A stretch of DNA of 64,000 nt, from positions 105,958,001-106,022,000 of the forward strand of contig OZ024744.1 in the NCBI GenBank assembly GCA_964016885.1. Direction: 5' to 3'. Both the position numbers and the translations under genes were made by a program. Shown here piece by piece: positions 53,742-64,000 of the stretch (the first letter of the stretch is position 1; each line of letters starts with the position of its first letter). Under the pieces are notes generated by a model, which did no database searches, had not been told where the DNA came from, and saw only the letters and a list, made by a program, of their open reading frames with translations. The DNA is from Eledone cirrhosa (Eukaryota).

Positions 53742-53979
53742 TAACAATTGGCTGTACCAGTGGCACATCTAGTGGCACATCTAGCGGCACATCTAGTGGC
53801 ACATCTAGTGTGGCACCCTAACAACTGGCTGTACCAGTGGCACATCTAGTGTGGCACCCCAACAACTAACTGTACCAATTGTAGGAATATGATGATGACA
53901 GTAGTATTTTTACTGGAGGACAGATTGTTGTGAAGATTTGCAGTAAACTAAAGTAAATATTAAGAGTTAATGTGATAGT

Positions 53980-54101
53980 CATCATCATCATCATTCTTCG
54001 ACTACTGTCGAGATGATGGAACTCACTCTCATGCCCCAGAATTCTCTGTCCCTCATCGCTGCCCCCAGGTCCTGTCTACTGATTCCCGTATCCCTAAAGA
54101 T
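53980..54101 (-). mobile_element. 3' end of an RTE-like LINE (IFRDTGISRQDLGAAMRDREFWGMRVSSIISTVVEE* + (TGA)n)
   Basis: Manual translation. RTE-type DRxxW terminus running directly into a trinucleotide tail. Confidence 0.65.
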
Positions 54102-54164
54102 CATTATGATCAGAAACAGGACCCAGGAAAGCAGGGGCTGGACCTATATCAACAGGTATACCAT

Positions 54165-57100
54165 ATAGTGTGATAGTCATAGTACTGTTTTGTACTTTTC
54201 AAGTATATCTTGTTAATGTGGTTTCATGTGGTACAGAATGTTAATAGTTAATGTAATACAGTCATAGTACTGTTTTGTACTTTTCAAGTATATCTTGTTA
54301 ATGTGGTTTCATGTGGTACAGGATGTTAATAGTTAATGTGATAGTCATAGTACTGTTTTGTACTTTTCAACATCATCATCACCGTTTTACGTCCGTTCTT
54401 CCACGCTAGCATGGGTTAGACGGGTTGTCCTGTTGTGGGCAGTGTCTGGTCGGCTGACCATGCCTTGCTCATACAGGAACTGATTTGGCTTGATTTCTAC
54501 AGCTGGATGCCCTTCCTAACACCAACCAATGTCTTGTTAATGTGGTTTCATGTGGTACAGGATGTTAACAGTTAATGTGATACAGTCATAGTACTGTTTT
54601 GTACTTTTCAACAATGTCTTGTTAATGTGGTTTCATGTGGTACAGGATGTTAAGAGTTAATGTGATACAGTCATAGTACTGTTTTGTACTTTTCAACAAT
54701 GTCTTGTTAATGTGGTTTCATGTGGTACAGGATGTTAATAGTTAATGTGATACAGTCATAGTACTGTTTTATACTTTTCAACAATGTCTTGTTAATGTGG
54801 TTTCATGTGGTACAGGATGTTAAGAATTAATGTGATAGTCACAGTACTGTTTTGTACTTTTCAACAATGTCTTGTTAATGTGGTTTCATGTGGTACAGGA
54901 TGGTAAGAGTTAATGTGATACAGTCAAAGTACTGTTTTGTACTTTTCAAGTATGTCTTGTTAATGTGGTTTCATGTGGTACAGGATGTTAAGAGTTAATG
55001 TGATACAGTCAAAGTACTGTTTTGTACTTTTCAAGTATGTCTTGTTAATGTGGTTTCATGTGGTACAGGATGTTAAGAGTTAATGTGATACAGTCATAGT
55101 ACTGTTTTGTACTTTTCAACAATGTCTTGTTAATGTGGTTTCATGTGGTACAGGATGTTAACAGTTAATGTGATACAGTCATAGTACTGTTTTGTACTTT
55201 TCAAGAATGTCTTGTTAATGTGGTTTCATGTGGTACAGGATGTTAAGAGTTAATGTCATACAGTCATAGTACTGTTTTGTACTTTTCAACAATGTCTTGT
55301 TAATGTGGTTTCATGTGGTACAGGATGTTAATAGTTAATGTGATACAGTCATAGTACTGTTTTGTACTTTTCAACAATGTCTTGTTAATGTGGTTTCATG
55401 TGGTACAGGATGTTAACAGTTAATGTGATACAGTCAAAGTACTGTTTTGTACTTTTCAAGAATGTCTTGTTAATGTGGTTTCATGTGGTACAGGATGTTA
55501 AGAGTTAATGTCATACAGTCATAGTACTGTTTTGTACTTTTCAAGTATGTCTTGTTAATGTGGTTTCATGTGGTACAGGATGTTAAGAGTTAATGTCATA
55601 CAGTCATAGTACTGTTTTGTACTTTTCAAGAATGTCTTGTTAATGTGGTTTCATGTGGTACAGGATGTTAAGAGTTAATGTGATACAGTCATAGTACTGT
55701 TTTGTACTTTTCAACAATGTCTTGTTAATGTGGTTTCATGTGGTACAGGATGTTAAGAGTTAATGTGATACAGTCATAGTACTGTTTTGTACTTTTCAAC
55801 AATGTCTTGTTAATGTGGTTTCATGTGGTACAGGATGTTAACAGTTAATGTGATACAGTCATAGTACTGTTTTGTACTTTTCAAGAATGTCTTGTTAATG
55901 TGGTTTCATGTGGTACAGGATGTTAAGAGTTAATGTCATACAGTCATAGTACTGTTTTGTACTTTTCAAGTATGTCTTGTTAATGTGGTTTCATGTGGTA
56001 CAGGATGTTAAGAGTTAATGTGATACAGTCATAGTACTGTTTTGTACTTTTCAACAATGTCTTGTTAATGTGGTTTCATGTGGTACAGGATGTTAAGAGT
56101 TAATGTGATACAGTCAAAGTACTGTTTTGTACTTTTCAAGAATGTCTTGTTAATGTGGTTTCATGTGGTACAGGATGTTAAGAGTTAATGTCATACAGTC
56201 ATAGTACTGTTTTGTACTTTTCAACAATGTCTTGTTAATGTGGTTTCATGTGGTACAGGATGTTAACAGTTAATGTGATACAGTCATAGTACTGTTTTGT
56301 ACTTTTCAAGAATGTCTTGTTAATGTGGTTTCATGTGGTACAGGATGTTAAGAGTTAATGTCATACAGTCATAGTACTGTTTTGTACTTTTCAACAATGT
56401 CTTGTTAATGTGGTTTCATGTGGTACAGGATGTTAATAGTTAATGTGATACAGTCATAGTACTGTTTTGTACTTTTCAACAATGTCTTGTTAATGTGGTT
56501 TCATGTGGTACAGGATGTTAACAGTTAATGTGATACAGTCAAAGTACTGTTTTGTACTTTTCAAGAATGTCTTGTTAATGTGGTTTCATGTGGTACAGGA
56601 TGTTAAGAGTTAATGTGATACAGTCATAGTACTGTTTTGTACTTTTCAACAATGTCTTGTTAATGTGGTTTCATGTGGTACAGGATGTTAACAGTTAATG
56701 TGATACAGTCATAGTACTGTTTTGTACTTTTCAAGAATGTCTTGTTAATGTGGTTTCATGTGGTACAGGATGTTAAGAGTTAATGTCATACAGTCATAGT
56801 ACTGTTTTGTACTTTTCAACAATGTCTTGTTAATGTGGTTTCATGTGGTACAGGATGTTAATAGTTAATGTGATACAGTCATAGTACTGTTTTGTACTTT
56901 TCAACAATGTCTTGTTAATGTGGTTTCATGTGGTACAGGATGTTAACAGTTAATGTGATACAGTCAAAGTACTGTTTTGTACTTTTCAAGAATGTCTTGT
57001 TAATGTGGTTTCATGTGGTACAGGATGTTAAGAGTTAATGTGATACAGTCATAGTACTGTTTTGTACTTTTCAACAATGTCTTGTTAATGTGGTTTCATG

Positions 57101-57798
57101 TGGTACAGGATGTTAAGAGTTAATGTGATACAGTCATAGTACTGTTTTGTACTTTTCAAGAATGTCTTGTTAATGTGGTTTCATGTGGTACAGGATGTTA
57201 ATAGTTAATGTGATACAGTCATAGTACTGTTTTGTACTTTTCAACAATGTCTTGTTAATGTGGTTTCATGTGGTACAGGATGTTAATAGTGAATGTGATA
57301 CAGTCATAGTACTGTTTTGTACTTTTCAACAATGTCTTGTTAATGTGGTTTCATGTGGTACAGGATGTTAATAGTGAATGTGATACAGTCATAGTACTGT
57401 TTTGTACTTTTCAACAATGTCTTGTTAATGTGGTTTCATGTGGTACAGGATGTTAACAGTTAATGTGATACAGTCATAGTACTGTTTTGTACTTTTCAAG
57501 AATGTCTTGTTAATGTGGTTTCATGTGGTACAGGATGTTAAGAGTTAATGTCATACAGTCATAGTACTGTTTTGTACTTTTCAAGAATGTCTTGTTAATG
57601 TGGTTTCATATGGTACAGGATGTTAAGAGTTAATGTGATACAGTCATAGTATTGTTTTGTACTTTTCAAGAATGTCTTGTTAATGTGGTTTCATGTGGTA
57701 CAGGATGTTAAGAGTTAATGTCATACAGTCATAGTACTGTTTTGTACTTTTCAACAATGTCTTGTTAATGTGGTTTCATGTGGTACAAGGATGTTAAT
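54165..57798. repeat. 85-bp minisatellite, ~40 copies, interrupted by an RTE-tail fragment at ~54372-54527
   Basis: Period 85 (54571 to 54656). Lines 54961 and 55981 match at 12x85. Confidence 0.95.
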
Positions 57799-58097
57799 TA
57801 AAATACGAGAGATAAAAAAAATTGTAAATTATTAGAATATATAAAATGTTTTCATTTGTAATTTTATAAGAAATAAGTAAAAAGATTGTATAAATATGAA
57901 TACTTCTGGCATCTAAGTATTCCGCAAGGCTACAGTTATTTAGAATCAACACTGGAATATATTAACTGCAGAGATAAACTGTAAAGTTGACCTCAGTGGA
58001 ATTTCAACTTAGAACATACAAGTAATTTCACCAAATATCACAAAACATTCTTTCAAGCTTTTTTTATTGACTCTGGAGTAGTAAGTGGTAAACTATT

Positions 58098-58620
58098 CAA
58101 TCATCATCTTCATCATCATCACTGTTTTACGTCCGTTCTTCCACGCTAGCATGGGTTAGACGGGTCGTCCTGTTGTGGGCAGTGTCTGGTTGGCTGACCA
58201 TGGCTTGCTCATACAGGAACTGATTTGGCTTGATTTCTACAGCTGGATGCCCTTCCTAACAACAACCTCATTTACAGTGAGTGCTGGGTGCTTTTTTTGT
58301 GGCGCCTAAAAGGCCACTTTACAGTGAGTGCTGGGTGCTTTTTCGTGACGCATACATGTTCACTTTACAGTGTGGGCTGGGTGCTTTTTTGCCGTGGCTC
58401 CTCCACGACCACCTTGCAGTGGGAGGGTGTGGGGGCATATTGTCTATATGCTTCAGCTTGTACCCATGGGAGGTCGGGTACTCTGTATTACTGCGTAACG
58501 CCAGAGGTCACGGTCGCGTGTCATCGCCTTTGAGAGGTGTAATTGGGTAAGGTCGGCTTTTATCACCTCATCCCAGGTCATCTTGGGTCTCCCCACTCCG
58601 CGGTTTCCATCAATATATAG
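58098..58620 (-). mobile_element. 5'-truncated RTE copy (IDGNRGVGRPKMTWDEVIKADLTQLHLSKAMTRDRDLWRYAV... + 3' UTR)
   Basis: Translation matches the C-terminus of ORF 3461..4408. Confidence 0.88.
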
Positions 58621-58691
58621 CGTAAAGTTTTATCTATTCCTTGAAACATGATGATTCATTCCTCCATCAAGTTTCTTCTTTGAATAGATTC

Positions 58692-59361
58692 AATGGAGAA
58701 ACTCAGAGTAACACCAAAGTGAATCACCAACTATGAACACACTCACACATATATATATGTGTGTGTGTGTATGAGTATATATATGTGTGTGTACATGTGT
58801 GTGTGTGTGTATTATGGAGAAACTCAGAGTAACACCAAAGTGAATCACCAACTATGAACACACTCACACATATATGTGTGTGTGCATGTGTGTGTGTGTG
58901 TTATGGAGAAACTCAGAGTAACACCAAAGTGAATCACCAACTATGAACACACTCACACATATATGTGTGTGTGCATGTGTGTGTGTGTGTTATGGAGAAA
59001 CTCAGAGTAACACCAAAGTGAATCACCAACTATGAACACACTCACACATATATGTGTGTGTGCATGTGTGTGTGTGTGTTATGGAGAAACTCAGAGTAAC
59101 ACCAAAGTGAATCACCAACTATGAACACACTCACACATATATGTGTGTGTGCATGTGTGTGTGTGTGTTATGGAGAAACTCAGAGTAACACCAAAGTGAA
59201 TCACCAACTATGAACACATGCACACACATATATGTGTGTGTGCATGTGTGTGTGTGTGTTATGGAGAAACTCAGAGTAACACCAAAGTGAATCACCAACT
59301 ATGAACACACTCACACATATATATATGTGTGTGTGTGTGTGTGTATATATATGTGTGCGTG

Positions 59362-59395
<34 letters not shown>

Positions 59396-59522
59396 GGAGA
59401 ATGGAGAAACTCAGAGTAACACCAAAGTGAATCACCAACTATGAACACACTCACACATATATATATGTGTGTGTGTGTGAGCGTGCTTGCGTGCGTGCGC
59501 ATGTGTGTGTGTGTTATGGAGA
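58692..59522. repeat. ~89-bp compound tandem repeat (constant block + variable (CA)(TA)(TG) tract), ~8-9 copies
   Basis: Constant block ATGGAGAAACTCAGAGTAACACCAAAGTGAATCACCAACTATGAACAC. Confidence 0.92.
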
Positions 59523-59571
59523 ATGTAGATGCTCAGTATGTGTTGATATAAAACCTCTCAAAGTAACTTAC

Positions 59572-59705
59572 TGTTTTGACATCCAGGCATTGTGCTCAAA
59601 GCCCAAATCAGAAACTCCAATCTGATTCTTAAAAAAGTCTATGTGCCTCCGGAACTGGGCAATGGCGTCTAAAGGGGCGTTATGTTGAAATGATAGCCTG
59701 CAGAT
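59572..59705 (-). CDS. TRAPPC11: TRAPPC11 exon (4th): [44 protein letters not shown](Q)
   Basis: Acceptor TTCTCAG, donor GTAAGT, 134 nt. Foie-gras domain region, matches [21 protein letters not shown]...FEHDAWMSKQ. Confidence 0.96.
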
Positions 59706-59756
59706 CTGAGAATAACAGAAGGAAACAATAACATTTGAATAAATTACATAATTAAT

Positions 59757-59937
59757 GTTAAATAATTGTTTCTACTTTAGGCACAAGGCCAGCAATAACA
59801 CCCAGTGCATTACTGCTACTTTATTTCATCAACCCCATAAGGATGAAAGGCAAAGTTAACCTCGGTGGGATTTGAACTCTGAACGTAAAGGGCCGTAACT
59901 CCATGCTGCAAACCATGGCCTCCGACCCTCTAACGGT
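59757..59937 (-). mobile_element. SINE family A
   Basis: Homologous to 62172-62357. Confidence 0.85.
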
Positions 59938-59969
59938 TGAAGTATAATGAACATCTAATATGGATGTAT

Positions 59970-60295
59970 GACAATAGGTGAGAGGAGGAGGTCATGGTTG
60001 TAGGACAATAGGTGGGAGGAGGAGGTGATGGTTGTAGGACAATAGGTGGGAGGAGGAGGTGATGGTTGTAGGACAATAGGTGGGAGGTCATGGTTGTAGG
60101 ACAATAGGTGGGAGGGGGAGGTGATGGTTGTAGGACAATAGGTGGGAGGAGGGGGTCATAGTTGTAGGACAATAGGTGGGAGGAGGAGGTGATGGTTGTA
60201 GGACAATAGGTGGGAGGAGGAGGTCATGGTTGTAGGACAATAGGTAGGAGGAGGGGGGTCATGGTTGTAGGACAATAGGTGGGAGGGGGAGGTAA
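59970..60295. repeat. ~34-bp G-rich minisatellite, ~10 copies
   Basis: Unit GGTTGTAGGACAATAGGTGGGAGGAGGAGGTGAT. Confidence 0.9.
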
Positions 60296-60406
60296 GACAA
60301 GTGTGGTGGGAGGTTAGCAGAATAAAGTAAGAACGACCAACAATGAAGTAGTGGCAATCATCATTGTTACAATATAATGTCAGCTATCTGATGTCATTGT
60401 TACAAT

Positions 60407-60580
60407 ATAATTGTTTCTACGTTTGGCACAAGGCCAGCAATAACCCAGTGCATTACTGGTACTTTATTTTATCGACCCCCGTAAGGATGAAAGGCAAAGT
60501 CAACCTCGGCGGGATTTGAACTCAGATCGTAAAGGGACGTAACTATGGTGGAAAGCATGGCGTCCGACCCTCTACCGATA
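60407..60580 (-). mobile_element. SINE family A
   Basis: Homologous to 62172-62357. Confidence 0.85.
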
Positions 60581-60662
60581 AATGTCAGCTATGTGGTGTC
60601 ATTTCTGTAATAACAACACCATATTGTATCAAGATATCTTACTTCAGCTATCACAAAATATA

Positions 60663-60831
60663 CCGTATTTCCTGGCGCCGAAGACGCTTCATCCTCGAGG
60701 AATCACCCTAATTTTGACAACCAAAAATTTGAAAATAAATAATAAACAAACTTCCGGCCTCAAGGACGCATGGTAGATTTTCGAGACTTATTTTAGGAAA
60801 AAAGTAGCGTCTTCAATGCTGGGAAATACGT
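60663..60831. mobile_element. Tc1/mariner(pogo)-like MITE
   Basis: TA|CCGTATTTCCTGGCGCCGAAGACGC ... GCGTCTTCAATGCTGGGAAATACGT|TA. Confidence 0.75.
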
Positions 60832-61139
60832 TACTTGGACACAATAACACATTAAAGCAGCTTTATATACACCTAGCCACTCAATTCCTTAGAGGAAATA
60901 CAGTGATACACATGTGAATCTTCAGCTGCCGTAGAAAATGGCAATGGGAAAATACTATGGAATTTTAGCAGACAGACACAACATAATAAGCCCAACATAA
61001 AATACTGATGAAAGTGTTAATAATTGAGAGGGAGGGCAATTGTAACTGACTATAAAGTTTAGTAGAAGCAAGGTGGACATTTGAGGAATTACAGCAACTT
61101 AACAGGTGAATTAAATATATTATAGCTGTTAAGGGATGT

Positions 61140-61296
61140 ATCATCATCATCATCATCATTATCGATTAATGTCCATCTTCCATGCTAGCATGAGTTAGAC
61201 GGGTCCTATTTTGAGGCAAGTTATGTCGGGTGACCATGTCTCACTCATATAGGGGTGTATCTGGCAGGTTTTCTACAGCTGGATGCCCTTCCTAAT
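61140..61296 (-). mobile_element. RTE 3'-tail fragment
   Basis: (CAT)n + CATGCTAGCATG...CTACAGCTGGATGCCCTTCCTAA. Confidence 0.8.
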
Positions 61297-61554
61297 GTAT
61301 CTATCATTCTATTGGTTATTGATACAACTAAGATGATATACAACACACAACCATATTCCAGAAAATAGTCATATTCATTTATGAACTTCTGACACACACA
61401 AATATTTTTTAAGATGCACCTAACTCTGTTTGATGTATGAAATAATAAAGATAATAATACTGGTAATGTTTTCTAACATTATCAGTTGTGCATATAACAT
61501 GTATAACTGATGATGATGATGATGATAACAACAACAATATTAACAAAAGCTTAC

Positions 61555-61651
61555 TTTGTAATTTACAAAGCCTGCAATGGTCTTTATTTCTAACAAATTG
61601 GTTTCATGCATTCGTAATTCTTGAATTTGTCCATAGGCTTGTTTATAATGT
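61555..61651 (-). CDS. TRAPPC11: TRAPPC11 exon (3rd): [32 protein letters not shown]
   Basis: Acceptor TTTACAG, donor GTAAGC, 97 nt. Matches HETNILEIKTMAGFINYK. Confidence 0.95.
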
Positions 61652-62010
61652 CTGTAAAATATAAATATACATTTGAAGTTATAAGACGAAAAATATACTG
61701 AAATACATAAAGTTTACATATACATACATTTATACATATACTAGATATATATGATGATGGTCATTGAACGAAGAACCAAGAGATACAAGGAAGCTGCAGT
61801 AAAGGAAGACTGAAGTAAACCTGAGCAGAAGTGGTGAATATTTAACCTCTTAGAGGAGATGACAAAGGACAGCTACACGTGGAAGAAGGCTGTGCTAGGA
61901 AAGACCTATCCAACCCATGCTAACATGAAAAGATAGATGTAAAATGACAAATATATTATTCTGTACACACACAAAATATATTACAAAATAAAAAAAAATT
62001 GAATTCTTAC

Positions 62011-62084
62011 TTCAGAGCAGTGTGTGAATCTTGTTTAAGTTCATTAAAAAATGCAATTTTGAATTGGTGTCGGACAAATAATAA
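62011..62084 (-). CDS. TRAPPC11: TRAPPC11 exon (2nd): LLFVRHQFKIAFFNELKQDSHTAL(K)
   Basis: Acceptor TGTAG, donor GTAAGA, 74 nt, phase-consistent. Matches LLFVRHQFKIAFFSELKQD. Confidence 0.95.
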
Positions 62085-62171
62085 CTACAAGAGAGAAAAA
62101 AACAAAATTTAGTCAAAAATAAAAAAATAATTAAAAATAAAAATGTTAAATATTGAAGCTATTTAAATAAT

Positions 62172-62357
62172 TGTTTCTACTTTTGGCACAAGGCCAGCAA
62201 TTACCCAGTGCATTACCGGTACTTTATTTTATCGACCCCGTAAGGATGAAAGGTAAAGTTAACCTTGGCGGGATTTGAACTCAGAATGGCAAGGGCCGTA
62301 ACTCTATGCGTCAAAGCATGGCGTCCGACCCTCTACCGATACTGCCAATCCACCGCC
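62172..62357 (-). mobile_element. Full-length SINE family A with a 19-bp TSD
   Basis: TTGAAGCTATTTAAATAAT at 62153-62171 and 62358-62376. A box TGGCAGTATCGG, B box GAGTTCAAATCC. Confidence 0.9.
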
Positions 62358-62522
62358 TTGAAGCTATTTAAATAATGAAATATTGATAGTATGAGCAGAA
62401 TATAAATACAATTGGACAGATTGTTAAGCTCACCATTTTAATGTTTCTATTATAGTAAAGATATATTAACTTTCTTCAATTAATTACACATAATAAACAG
62501 AAAATTAACATAATTAACCTAC

Positions 62523-62622
62523 CTGGTGTGTTATTTTGTTGAGAAAATCTTTATGTGCCTTAACTTTCCTCGCTTCATTGTGATAATAATTCTGTGATTG
62601 TTCATAAAATGCATTTTCTAGC
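62523..62622 (-). CDS. TRAPPC11: TRAPPC11 internal exon (1st in window): (R)[33 protein letters not shown]
   Basis: Manual translation. Acceptor TTACAG, donor GTAGGT, 100 nt. Matches recalled vertebrate TRAPPC11 [34 protein letters not shown]. Confidence 0.95.
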
Positions 62623-62739
62623 CTGTAATGAAAGAAATATAGTAAGAAAGAAATATAGCTATGTCACAGCAGGTATCTAGAAGAGTTAGCCCCAGGAAAG
62701 GCCATGAAACACTGCTTCAAAAAGACATGTTCAAGCCCG

Positions 62740-62982
62740 GAGGCTCATGAGGCCAGTGCTTATCCTGGTTTCTGTGGCATTAAGCAACTGAGAGTACAAG
62801 ACTAAACCCTACACACCTAGGTATGATGCGAGTCCATTGCAGCGTTAAACGCCTGGTATCCATTTTCATCTGATTTTACCGGAGCAATGTGAAATGAAGT
62901 ATTTTACTCAAGAACACAATACACAATCCAGTCCAGGAATTGAAACCAGGACATGATGATTGTCAGACTAACACCCTTACTA
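62740..62982 (-). mobile_element. Decayed CORE-like SINE
   Basis: GGAGCAATGTGAAATGAAGTATTTTACTCAAG shared with family B and with ~5838-5942, but a different tail. Confidence 0.6.
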
Positions 62983-62984
62983 CA

Positions 62985-64000
62985 AGATACTATGGGGGAC
63001 CTAAAATAGATAAAGGCCACAACTACAGGGTTTTATACCAAGATACTAACTGGTACCTTAGGTAGATAAAGGCCACAACTACAGGGTTTATACCAAGTTA
63101 CTATGTGGTACCTTAGATAGATAAAGGCCACAACTACAGGGTTTTATACCAAGATACTATGTGGTACCTTAGGTAGATAAAGGCCACAACTACAGGGTTT
63201 TATACCAAGATACTATGTGGTACCTTAGGTAGATAAAGGCCACAACTACAGGGTTTTATACCAAGATACTATGTGGTACCTTAGGTAAATAAAGGCCACA
63301 ACTACAGGGTTTTATACCAAGATACTATGTGGTACCTTAGGTAGGTAAAGGCCACAACTACAGGGTTTTATACCAAGATACTATGGGGGACCTTAAATAG
63401 ATAAAGGCCACAACTACAGGGTTTTATACCAAGATACTAACTGGTACCTTAGGTAGATAAAGGCCACAACTACAGGGTTTATACCAAGTTACTATGTGGT
63501 ACCTTAGATAGATAAAGGCCACAACTACAGGGTTTTATACCAAGATACTAACTGGTACCTTAGGTAGATAAAGGCCACAACTACAGGGTTTTATACCAAG
63601 ATACTATGTGGTACCTTAGATAGATAAAGGCCACAACTACGGGGTTTTATACCAAGATACTATGTGGTACCTTAGGTAGATAAAGGCCACAACTACAGGG
63701 TTTTATACCAAGATACTATGTGGTACCTTAGGTAGATAAAGGCCACAACTACAGGGTTTTATACCAAGATACTATGTGGTACCTTAGGTAGATAAAGGCC
63801 ACAACTACAGGGTTTTATACCAAGATACTATGTGGTACCTTAGATAGATAAAGGCCACAACTACAGGGTTTTATACCAAGATACTATGTGGTACCTTAGA
63901 TAGATAAAGGCCACAACTACAGGGTTATACCAAGATACTAACTGGTACCTTAGGTAGATAAAGGCCACAACTACAGGGTTTTATACCAAGATACTATGTG
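62985..64000. repeat. 56-bp minisatellite, ~18 copies, runs off the window end
   Basis: Unit AGATAAAGGCCACAACTACAGGGTTTTATACCAAGATACTATGTGGTACCTTAGGT. Confidence 0.95.

Noticed and set aside
58692-59522. CRISPR-like repeat-spacer array
   Set aside because: Spacers are simple-sequence variants of each other.
59970-60295. Functional G-quadruplex or proline-rich extensin-like ORF (59930..60172)
   Set aside because: An ordinary intronic minisatellite. The G-rich strand is antisense to the transcript and there is no evidence of function.

Overview
Animal (metazoan) genomic DNA, AT-rich and microsatellite-rich. The SINE/LINE content suggests a coleoid cephalopod, probably an octopod (inference only). 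The whole window lies inside one minus-strand gene that the ORF track mostly misses: TRAPPC11. I traced 13 internal coding exons from 62622 down to 6284. They total 1260 nt (420 codons), all intron ends are GT or AG, and they splice into one open frame. One intron (12037-12810) is a clear minor-spliceosome (U12-type) intron. The intron next to it (12957-48507, about 35.5 kb) is almost entirely a 29-bp satellite with ~1.9-kb and ~8.9-kb higher-order periods, a ~7.8-kb inverted copy and a 200-N gap. The giant 'HVQSHPVT' ORFs are artefacts of that satellite. The other introns hold a dead RTE LINE (YADD motif deleted, PHD-like finger), SINEs that share its 3' tail, several MITE/fold-back elements and many minisatellites. 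One fold-back element carries a minimal Penelope-type hammerhead ribozyme motif. I found no convincing evidence of a wholly new biological system. The best leads are the hammerhead motifs, the U12 intron and the satellite architecture.
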